DNA of 64,000 nt from Chloroflexia bacterium (GTDB lineage: Bacteria > Chloroflexota > Chloroflexia > DTKN01), in assembly GCA_049970175.1 (NCBI GenBank), contig JBMFNL010000004.1, forward strand, positions 1,822 through 65,821, given 5' to 3'. This document shows positions 56,835 through 64,000 of this stretch, piece after piece. A program made the position numbers and the translations under genes. The notes beneath the pieces are model-generated. The model was given only the letters and a program-made list of their open reading frames with translations, did not search any database and was not told where the DNA came from. Position 1 is the first letter of the stretch. The number at the start of each line of letters is the position of its first letter.

Positions 56835-59800
56835 ATGTTTCAACCGGTTTCAACCGACACGGACTTTGTGGCCCAGGAACACCAGGTGCTGGCCTTCTGG
56901 AGGGAAAACCGCACTTTCCAGAAACTTCTCGCCCTCCGTGCCGGCGGACCCCGCTGGTCCTTCATTGACGGACCCATCACCGCCAACAACCCCATGGGCG
57001 TCCACCACGGCTGGGGGCGGACGTACAAGGACCTCTACCATCGCTTCTGGGCGATGAAAGGCTACCAGACCCGCTACCAGAACGGCTTCGACTGCCAGGG
57101 CCTCTGGGTGGAGGTGGAGGTGGAGAAGGAACTGGGCTTTCGCTCCAAGCGCGACATCGAGGCCTATGGCATCGCCCGCTTTGTCCGCAAGTGCAAGGAG
57201 CGGGTGCTCCGCTACGCCGCGGTACAGACCGAGCAATCCATCCGCCTGGGCTACTGGATGGACTGGAACGACCCCGAGGCCCTGCGCGACCTGGGCCGTC
57301 GGCTGCTGGAGAATCCCGAGGAAGTCATCACCGTCCAGGGGCCGGCCGGGCCGGTGACCGACACGGTGGAGCAGATCGTGGCCCGGCTGGGCCTGCCCGA
57401 ACTGGGCGGCTCATACTTTACCTTCTCCAACGAGAACAACTATATGATCTGGACCTTTCTCAAGCGCTGCTGGGAGCGGGGGTGGCTCTACAAGGGCACC
57501 GATGTCATGCCCTGGTGCCCCCGCTGCGCCACCGGCATCAGCCAGCACGAGATCGTCACCGAGGGCTACCAGGAGCGCGTCCACCCCGGCGTGACCCTGC
57601 GCTTTCCCCTGCGCGGCCGGCCGGGCGAAAGCCTCCTGGTCTGGACCACGACGCCCTGGACGCTCACCAGCAACGTCGCCGCAGCCGTGGGGCCCGCCTT
57701 GACCTATGTCCGGGTCCGGCAGGGGGAAGAGGTGTTTTACCTTTCCAAGGGCACCCTCTCCATGCTTCAGGGGCCCTACGAGGTGCTGGCGGAAATGCCA
57801 GGCACGGCCCTGGAGGGCTGGGAATATGAGGGCCCCTTCGACGAACTGCCGGTCCCGCAAGCCTCCGGCGCGCCTTCGGCCCACCGCGTCATCCTCTGGG
57901 ATGAGGTCGGGGAAGCAGAGGGCACGGGCATCGTCCACATCGCTCCCGGCTGCGGGGCGGAGGACTTGGCCCTGGGCCGGCAGTACGGCCTGCCGGCCGT
58001 CGCCCCGCTGGACGAGGAGGGCGTCTTCCTCGAGGGCTTCGGTTTCCTCAGCGGGACCCCGGTCGGCGAGAGCGCGCCGAGAATTCTGGAAAACCTCCGG
58101 GGCAAGGGCCTTCTCTACCGGGTGGAGGATTATACCCACCGCTACCCGGTCTGCTGGCGCTGCGGCACCGAACTGGTCTTCCGGCTGGTGGGGGAGTGGT
58201 TCATCTCCATGGGCGAACTGCGCTACGACATGATGGAGGTCACCCGACAGATTCGCTGGATTCCCGAGTTCGGCCTGGAGCGGGAACTGGACTGGCTGCG
58301 CAACATGCGCGACTGGATGATCAGCAAGAAGCGCTACTGGGGGCTGGCCCTGCCCATTTGGGAGTGCCGGCAGTGCGGCCACTTTGAGGTTATCGGCGAC
58401 GAACACGAACTGGAGGCCCGGGCAGTGGCCGGCTGGGAGGAGTTCGCCGGCCATACTCCCCATCGTCCCTGGGTGGATGCCGTGCGCATCCGCTGCTCCC
58501 ACTGCGGGGCGGAGGTCTCCCGCATCCCCGATGTGGGCAACCCCTGGCTGGATGCCGGCATCGTCAGTTTCAGCACCCTCCAGTACCGCACCAACCGCGA
58601 TTACTGGCGCCGGTGGTATCCGGCGGATTTCATCACCGAGTCCTTCCCCGGCCAGTTCCGCAACTGGTTCTACAGCCTCCTGGCCATGGCCACCGTGCTG
58701 GAAAAATCCCCGCCCTTCCGGGTCTGCTTCGGCTACGCCACCCTGCTGGGCGAGGACGGCCGGGAGATGCACAAGTCCTGGGGGAACATGATCGAGTTCA
58801 ACGAGGCCGCCGACCGGATGGGCGTGGACGTGATGCGCTGGCTGTACTGCCGCCAGAAACCGGAATCCGACCTCCTCTTCGGCTACGGCAAGGCCGACGA
58901 GGTGCGCCGGCAGTTCCTCCTTCCCCTCTGGAACGCCTACACCTTCCTGGTGTCGTATGCCCGCGTGGACGGCTGGACGCCCGGCCGGGGCCGGGCCGAG
59001 GCGGCGACCCTCACCCAACTGGACCGCTGGATTCTGGCCCGCCTGAGCCAGGTCGTGGCCGGGGTGACGGAGCGGCTGAACGACTATGATGCCTACGGCG
59101 CCACCCTCCTGATCGAGGCCTTCATAGACGACCTGACCAACTGGTACATCCGCCGCAGCCGCCGGCGATTCTGGAAGAGCGAACAGGATGCCGACAAGAA
59201 CGCCGCTTACGCCACCTTCTACCAGGTCATGACCACCCTCTGTCGGCTGCTGGCTCCCTTTGTCCCCTTTGTGACCGAGGCGATGTACCAGAACCTGGTG
59301 CGCTCGGTGGACCCGACGGCTCCGGAAAGCGTCCACCACACCGATTGGCCGCAGGCGGACCCGGCGGCGGTGGACGAGGCTTTGCTGGAGCGGATGGCCC
59401 TGGCCCGGAGGATCGCTGCCCTGGGGCATGCGGCCCGGGCCGGCCGCGGCCTGAAGGTACGCCGGCCCCTTTCCCGCGCCCTGGTCCACTGGCCGTATCC
59501 GGACGGGCTGGACGAGGAACTCCTGGCGCTGGTCCGGGAGGAATTGAACGTCAAGGAAGTGGTGCGGGTGGAGGACGAAAGCGAACTGTTCACCTATCGG
59601 GTGCTGCCCGACAACCGGGCGCTCGGGCCGCGCTTCGGGCCGCGTTTCCCGGCGGTGCGGGCCGCCCTGGCCGCCCAGGACCCCGTAGCCGTAGTCCGAC
59701 GGCTGCGTTCCGGCCTGCCGCTGCGCCTCGTGGTAGACGGCGAGGAGGTGGAACTTTTGCCGGCGGAGGTGTTGATTCAGGAGGAACCGCGGGAGGGGCT

Positions 59801-60128
59801 GGCGGTGGCCTCGGAACGGGGCCTCACCGTGGCCGTGGATACGCGGATGACCCCGGAACTGCGGGCCGAGGGGCTGGCGCGCGAGGTGGTCCGCCGTATC
59901 CAGAATCTGCGCAAAGAGGCCGGCTTCAACCTGGACGACCGCATCGAGACGGTCTATCAGGCCGGAGGCGAACTGGCCGAGGCCGTGGCGGCCTGGCAGG
60001 AATACATCGCCGCGGAGACGCTGAGCCTGGTGCTGAGGCCGGGCGAGCCGGAGCCGGGGATGGCGGTGGCGGAGGACCGGGTGGAGGGCCACCGGCTACG
60101 CCTGGGCGTGCGCCGGTTGACGAAATGA
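56835..60128 (+). CDS. ileS: Isoleucine--tRNA ligase
   Basis: Class I catalytic motifs PITANNPMGVHHGWGRT (HIGH-like) and MHKSWGN (KMSKS-like). CP1 editing motif TTTPWTLTSN. Zn knuckles CPRC/CRQC/CSHC. 1097 aa. GAGGAGG RBS. Confidence 0.8.
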   Translation: MFQPVSTDTDFVAQEHQVLAFWRENRTFQKLLALRAGGPRWSFIDGPITANNPMGVHHGWGRTYKDLYHRFWAMKGYQTRYQNGFDCQGLWVEVEVEKELGFRSKRDIEAYGIARFVRKCKERVLRYAAVQTEQSIRLGYWMDWNDPEALRDLGRRLLENPEEVITVQGPAGPVTDTVEQIVARLGLPELGGSYFTFSNENNYMIWTFLKRCWERGWLYKGTDVMPWCPRCATGISQHEIVTEGYQERVHPGVTLRFPLRGRPGESLLVWTTTPWTLTSNVAAAVGPALTYVRVRQGEEVFYLSKGTLSMLQGPYEVLAEMPGTALEGWEYEGPFDELPVPQASGAPSAHRVILWDEVGEAEGTGIVHIAPGCGAEDLALGRQYGLPAVAPLDEEGVFLEGFGFLSGTPVGESAPRILENLRGKGLLYRVEDYTHRYPVCWRCGTELVFRLVGEWFISMGELRYDMMEVTRQIRWIPEFGLERELDWLRNMRDWMISKKRYWGLALPIWECRQCGHFEVIGDEHELEARAVAGWEEFAGHTPHRPWVDAVRIRCSHCGAEVSRIPDVGNPWLDAGIVSFSTLQYRTNRDYWRRWYPADFITESFPGQFRNWFYSLLAMATVLEKSPPFRVCFGYATLLGEDGREMHKSWGNMIEFNEAADRMGVDVMRWLYCRQKPESDLLFGYGKADEVRRQFLLPLWNAYTFLVSYARVDGWTPGRGRAEAATLTQLDRWILARLSQVVAGVTERLNDYDAYGATLLIEAFIDDLTNWYIRRSRRRFWKSEQDADKNAAYATFYQVMTTLCRLLAPFVPFVTEAMYQNLVRSVDPTAPESVHHTDWPQADPAAVDEALLERMALARRIAALGHAARAGRGLKVRRPLSRALVHWPYPDGLDEELLALVREELNVKEVVRVEDESELFTYRVLPDNRALGPRFGPRFPAVRAALAAQDPVAVVRRLRSGLPLRLVVDGEEVELLPAEVLIQEEPREGLAVASERGLTVAVDTRMTPELRAEGLAREVVRRIQNLRKEAGFNLDDRIETVYQAGGELAEAVAAWQEYIAAETLSLVLRPGEPEPGMAVAEDRVEGHRLRLGVRRLTK

Positions 60129-60145
60129 GCGGTTTATGCTATAGT
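60117..60145 (+). promoter_or_regulatory. Promoter TTGACG-17-(TGc)TATAGT for infC-rplT, overlapping the ileS stop codon
   Basis: Read directly. Confidence 0.5.
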
Positions 60146-60193
60146 ACCCTTGCCGGGTCTACCGGATCGGCGATAGTAGCGCGATAAGGAGGA

Positions 60194-60712
60194 GTGGAAA
60201 TCGTCGAGAAGCTACGTGTGAACACGCGGATTCGAGCGCCGGAGGTCCTCCTGATTGGGCCGGACGGTCGGCGCATCGGGGTGAAACCGCTGCAGGAAGC
60301 GCTGAATCTGGCTGCCCAGGAGGGGATGGACCTGGTGGAAGTCGATCCTCTGGCCAATCCGCCGGTCTGCCGGATGCTGGACTATGGCAAGTATCGCTAC
60401 GAGCAGACCAAGCGCGAGCGGGCGGCGCGGAAACGCCAGCGGATGGTGGAGATCAAGGAGGTGCGCTTACGGCCCAAGATCGGCGAACATGACCTTCAGA
60501 TCAAGGTGGGGGCGGCGCGTCGCTTCCTGGAGGAAGGCAATCGGGTCAAGGTGACCATGCGCTTTCGGGGACGGGAATGGTCCCATAGCGACATTGCCGA
60601 AGCGGTGCTGCAACAGGTGGCCACGATGCTGGAGGATGTCGCCGAGGTGGAGCAGTCCCCGGCCGGCGGAGGTCGGGAACTGACGATGCTTCTGTCGCCC
60701 CGGAAGAAATAA
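60194..60712 (+). CDS. infC: Translation initiation factor IF-3; probable non-canonical AUC start at 60200
   Basis: IRAPEVLLIGPDGRRIGV...PPVCRMLDYGKY...VKEVRL. AAGGAGG at 60186-60192 is 7 nt before ATC (60200). The in-frame GTG at 60194 is only 1 nt from the SD. Confidence 0.8.
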   Translation: MEIVEKLRVNTRIRAPEVLLIGPDGRRIGVKPLQEALNLAAQEGMDLVEVDPLANPPVCRMLDYGKYRYEQTKRERAARKRQRMVEIKEVRLRPKIGEHDLQIKVGAARRFLEEGNRVKVTMRFRGREWSHSDIAEAVLQQVATMLEDVAEVEQSPAGGGRELTMLLSPRKK

Positions 60713-60828
60713 GACCGAGCCCCTGGGTTGTGCGAGCGTATCCGGGCGGCGGGGGTGGAAAACCCGTCGAGGGGGTGTGTGTCCGGAAAACGGGGGCCGT
60801 ATGCACCGGACATTGAGGAGGAATTGCC

Positions 60829-61191
60829 TTGCCGAGGGTCAAACGAGGAATGATGGTTCGTCGCCGTCATGACAAGGTGCGCAAGCAGGCCGAAGGCTTT
60901 CGCGGCGGCCGGCACCGCACCTTCAAGACGGCCCATGAGGCGGTGATGCGCTCGATGCACCACGCCTATCGGGATCGCCGCCGGCGCAAGCGTGACATGC
61001 GGCGGCTGTGGATTACGCGCATCAACGCCGCCGCCCGGCAACTGGGCACGACCTACGGGCAACTCATCTGTGGGCTGAATCGGGCCGGCATCGAACTGGA
61101 CCGCAAGGTGCTGGCCGACCTGGCCGTGCGGGAGCCGGAGGTCTTTGCTCAGGTGGTGGAGCGGGCTCGGGCGGCCCTGCAGCCCGCATAA
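60829..61191 (+). CDS. rplT: 50S ribosomal protein L20 (TTG start)
   Basis: MPRVKRG...RRRHDKV...[24 protein letters not shown]. Confidence 0.85.
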   Translation: MPRVKRGMMVRRRHDKVRKQAEGFRGGRHRTFKTAHEAVMRSMHHAYRDRRRRKRDMRRLWITRINAAARQLGTTYGQLICGLNRAGIELDRKVLADLAVREPEVFAQVVERARAALQPA

Positions 61192-61259
61192 GGGCTTCGT
61201 TCGCCGCGCATTTTTGTGGGGCGCAATCCATTGCGCCCTGTGTTATTGTGGGGGTTACC

Positions 61260-61421
61260 ATGCCCAAGCGAACATACCAACCCAAGGTTCTGCGTCGTCT
61301 GCGCAAGCATGGTTTTCGCGCCCGCATGAAGACGACGGCCGGCCGCAAGGTGCTCAAAGCCCGCGCCCGGAAGGGCCGCTGGCGGCTCACCGTCAGCGAG
61401 GAGCCGCGTGGGCGTAAGTAG
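61260..61421 (+). CDS. rpmH: 50S ribosomal protein L34
   Basis: [23 protein letters not shown]...[13 protein letters not shown]. Confidence 0.85.
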   Translation: MPKRTYQPKVLRRLRKHGFRARMKTTAGRKVLKARARKGRWRLTVSEEPRGRK

Positions 61422-61526
61422 GGGCGCTTCGAAAAGTCCCCGAGGCGCTTCGGGAAACGTCCAGGGGCGTACCATGGTGCGCCGAGCGCGGGGTTATGCG
61501 CCGGAGGATGTGGCCGGGAGTCCGGG

Positions 61527-61883
61527 GTGGAACGCCGCTACCGTCTGCGCGGGAGGAAACGTTTTCAGGAGGTACGCGAGCAGGGCCGGCGCTGGGTCCA
61601 CCCGTTGGTTGTGCTGGGCGGGCTCCCCAACGAACTCGGCCTCACCCGATGCGGCTTTATCGTCAGCCACCGGCTGGGCGATGCCGTCGTCCGCAACCGT
61701 ATCCGGCGGAGGCTGCGCGAGGCGGTACGGCTGTGCCATCGCCGGATTCGGCCGGGGTGGGACCTGGTCTGGGTGGCCCGTCCTCCGATCGGGCAGGCCG
61801 ACTTTCCGGCCATCTCCGCCGCCGTGGAATCGCTCCTGAAGCAGGCCGGCCTGTGGAATGCCGGCGAGGATAGAGGTGCGTAA
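61527..61883 (+). CDS. rnpA: RNase P protein component
   Basis: [11 protein letters not shown]...[23 protein letters not shown]. Confidence 0.85.
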   Translation: MERRYRLRGRKRFQEVREQGRRWVHPLVVLGGLPNELGLTRCGFIVSHRLGDAVVRNRIRRRLREAVRLCHRRIRPGWDLVWVARPPIGQADFPAISAAVESLLKQAGLWNAGEDRGA

Positions 61884-62085
61884 GGTTTTGCTTTTCCTGA
61901 TTCGGCTGTATCAGCAGACGGTTTCGCAGGTCTTGCCCCCGACCTGCCGCTTTGTTCCCTCCTGTTCGGAATACGGCTACCAGGCGATCGCCCGGTACGG
62001 CGTGCTGAAAGGAGGCTGGTTGGCGCTTCGCCGAATTGCCCGCTGTCATCCGTTTCATCCGGGGGGGTATGACCCGGTGCCCTGA
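61858..62085 (+). CDS. yidD: Membrane protein insertion efficiency factor YidD (start possibly GTG at 61876)
   Basis: [31 protein letters not shown]...[14 protein letters not shown]. Confidence 0.75.
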   Translation: MPARIEVRKVLLFLIRLYQQTVSQVLPPTCRFVPSCSEYGYQAIARYGVLKGGWLALRRIARCHPFHPGGYDPVP

Positions 62086-62105
62086 AAGGCAGGAGGGTTC
62101 GATCG

Positions 62106-63083
62106 TTGGGTGCCATCTGGAACGGCTTTGTCGTTGCTCTGGAAGAAACGCTCAAGTTCTTCTGGCAGATCACCGGGCAGAACCCGGCCCTGGCCATCCT
62201 CCTGTTCACCATCGCCGTCAAAGTGGTCCTGCTGCCGCTCACCACGAGCCAGTTGCGCTCGACGCGGGAGATGCAGAAACTTCAGCCCAAAGTGCGGGAA
62301 CTCCAGAGCCGGTACAAAAAAGATCGCCAGAAACTGAACGAGGAACTGATGAAGTTGTACCGGGAGCACGGGATCAACCCGGCGGCCGGCTGTTTGCCCT
62401 CCCTGCTCCAGTTCCCCATTTTCTTCGGGGTTTATTTCGCCATCCTCAACCTCACCCGTCCCCTGGGGCTGAGCACCCTCCTGGGCCGCTGGGTCGGCTT
62501 TGCCAGCGCAGCCCATCTGGGATTGGGGGCGATCCCGGCCAGCATCCAGGAGGGCCTTTCCCACGGCATCCTGGCCCATCAGGCCGTCCTGTGGATGGAG
62601 AGCCTGGGCAAACCCGACCCCTGGCACATCCTCCCCATCCTGGCCGGCGTCCTGCAACTCCTGCAGCAGAAGATGATGACACCCAGGGATGCCGATCCCC
62701 AGCAGGCGGCGATGAACAACGCCATGCTCTTGATGCCGCTCATGATCGTCTTTATCGGCTGGGCCTTCCCGGCCGGCCCGGTGCTCTATTGGGTGATCCA
62801 GAGTTTCCTGGGCATCATCCAGCAGTACCTGACCGCCGGCTGGGGCTCCCTCAAGGACTGGCTTCCCTTCCTGCCCGAACGTCCGGTTTCGCCCCGCCCC
62901 CGGCGTTCCAAGGCCAGGTCGGAGGAGCGGCCCCGTGGCGGGTTCGTCCGCTGGATGGAGCGGACCTTGGGCCTGCAGGAGCAGGCGGCCCGCCGGGAGG
63001 GCCTCGTTGAGCCGGAGGAAGGCCCGGAGGAGGTGCCGCCCGCTCTGCCTCCTGCGCCGAGGAAACGCCGCAGCAGCCGCTGA
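62106..63083 (+). CDS. yidC: Membrane protein insertase YidC (short, Gram-positive-type)
   Basis: LAILLFTIAVKVVLLPLTTSQ...CLPSLLQFPIFFGVYF. Basic C-terminal tail. Confidence 0.85.
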   Translation: MGAIWNGFVVALEETLKFFWQITGQNPALAILLFTIAVKVVLLPLTTSQLRSTREMQKLQPKVRELQSRYKKDRQKLNEELMKLYREHGINPAAGCLPSLLQFPIFFGVYFAILNLTRPLGLSTLLGRWVGFASAAHLGLGAIPASIQEGLSHGILAHQAVLWMESLGKPDPWHILPILAGVLQLLQQKMMTPRDADPQQAAMNNAMLLMPLMIVFIGWAFPAGPVLYWVIQSFLGIIQQYLTAGWGSLKDWLPFLPERPVSPRPRRSKARSEERPRGGFVRWMERTLGLQEQAARREGLVEPEEGPEEVPPALPPAPRKRRSSR

Positions 63084-63101
63084 GCGCATAAGGAGAAGCC
63101 G

Positions 63102-63803
63102 ATGAAGCAGGGCATTACCATCCGGGCCCAAACGGTGGAGGAGGCCGTTCGCCTGGCCCTGGAGCACCTGGGGCTGTCGCGGGAGGAGGTCGAGATCCAG
63201 GTGCTGGAGGAACCCGGGGCCGGGCCGGCCGGAAGTGAAGAGGCCCTGGTCCAGGTGACCCCTCGGGGGGCGGCGGCCCCGCCCGAGGAAGGCGTGGAGC
63301 CCCCGCAAGTCGGCCTGGAGGTGCTGAGCGAACTTTTGCGGCACATGGGCCTGCAGGCCCACGTGAGCATCGGGGAGTACGCCGTCGAGCCGGGGGAGCC
63401 CCGGCCGATTCTGGACGTGACCACGACGAACGAGCGCGACTCGGGGCTGCTCATCGGCCGGCGGGGCGAGACGCTGAACCGGCTGCAGTTCCTGGTCAAC
63501 CTGCTGGTCAACCGGAAGTTGCATCGCTGGCCCGGCCTGCTGGTGGACGTGGAGCACTACCGACGACGGCGCGACGCCTCCCTGCGCGATCTGGCTCGCC
63601 GCATGGCCGAGCGGGTCGTCCGCACCCAGCAGCCGATCACCCTGGAGCCGATGCCGGCCTACGAACGGCGCATCATCCACCTGGCCCTGCGGGATAACCC
63701 CCAGGTGACCACCCAGAGCACCGGCGAAGGGGATAGCCGCAAGGTGGTCATCTATCCGGCCGGATGGGAACTTCCCCCGACTTCCTCGTCCTCGGGCACG
63801 TGA
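63102..63803 (+). CDS. jag: Jag/KhpB (KH + R3H RNA-binding protein)
   Basis: N-terminal Jag_N, KH-like region, and C-terminal R3H (RRIIHLALRDNPQVTTQSTGEG). Confidence 0.8.
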   Translation: MKQGITIRAQTVEEAVRLALEHLGLSREEVEIQVLEEPGAGPAGSEEALVQVTPRGAAAPPEEGVEPPQVGLEVLSELLRHMGLQAHVSIGEYAVEPGEPRPILDVTTTNERDSGLLIGRRGETLNRLQFLVNLLVNRKLHRWPGLLVDVEHYRRRRDASLRDLARRMAERVVRTQQPITLEPMPAYERRIIHLALRDNPQVTTQSTGEGDSRKVVIYPAGWELPPTSSSSGT

Positions 63804-64000
63804 CCCTCGACCTCCAGCCGGACGGCTCCTTCCGGCCGGGCGGGACCGCCCTCTACGCCGCCCTGACGGCGGCCCGTCTGGGTTACCGGGCGGCGCTCTA
63901 TACCGCGGCCTCGCCGGCCGAGGCCGATGAGTGGCTGGTGTCGCTGCGCCGGGCCGGGGTCGAGGTGGTGTGCCGGCCGTCTCCGGCCACGACCACCTTC
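63764..64000 (+). CDS. PfkB/ribokinase-family carbohydrate kinase; 3' end outside the window
   Basis: MGTSPDFLVLGHVTLDLQPDG...GGTALYAALTAARLG. Confidence 0.55.
   Translation, partial: MGTSPDFLVLGHVTLDLQPDGSFRPGGTALYAALTAARLGYRAALYTAASPAEADEWLVSLRRAGVEVVCRPSPATTTF

Noticed and set aside
60713-60828. Search for rpmI (L35) between infC and rplT
   Set aside because: Only 116 bp are available, and no frame gives a Lys/Arg-rich ~65-aa product.
1-64000. tRNA, rRNA, IS/transposase, integrase and CRISPR-cas scan by eye
   Set aside because: No cloverleaf-like conserved GTTC-R-A-NYC tRNA signatures, rRNA-like stretches, DDE/tyrosine-recombinase motifs or repeat-spacer arrays were recognised. Absence cannot be guaranteed without tools.

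Overview
High-GC (~68-70%) bacterial chromosomal segment. The gene content and features (PT-rich linkers, T-box leader, short YidC, lipoprotein-anchored glycosidases) are compatible with a thermophilic Chloroflexota-like organism; this is inference only. The left third (1-17.3 kb) is entirely minus-strand. It encodes a membrane redox module (10-heme cytochrome c, NrfC-like 4Fe-4S protein and NrfD-like quinol subunit) next to a NarL-type two-component system, and a CUT1 sugar ABC transporter flanked by two giant secreted surface proteins that share a near-identical ~270-bp 3' segment. The middle (17.5-45 kb) holds housekeeping genes (GlcD-like oxidase, MurJ, MltG, PilD, ThyX, RuvA, a HAD-Tgt fusion, a GT2, three tandem GH-A glycosidase paralogs) interleaved with three uncharacterised cassettes. 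The first is an MrfA-like DEXH helicase with an embedded HNH motif and a DUF1998 zinc finger. The second is an orphan SbcC/Rad50-like ATPase operon with two unknown partner proteins, bracketed by copies of a short dispersed repeat. The third is a strongly promoted operon of a tandem-ParB-like protein and a NurA-like nuclease. The right third carries ACR3-type transporters, UspA, a sulfur-relay/Fe-S cluster (IscS-IscU-DsrE-like-TusA) with a purH 3' remnant, a site-2 protease, a T-box-regulated ileS, infC with a probable AUC start, rplT (no rpmI), and the rpmH-rnpA-yidD-yidC-jag block. No CRISPR array, rRNA, tRNA or recognisable IS/transposase was found by eye. Many long ORFs in the six-frame track are antisense artefacts of the high GC content.
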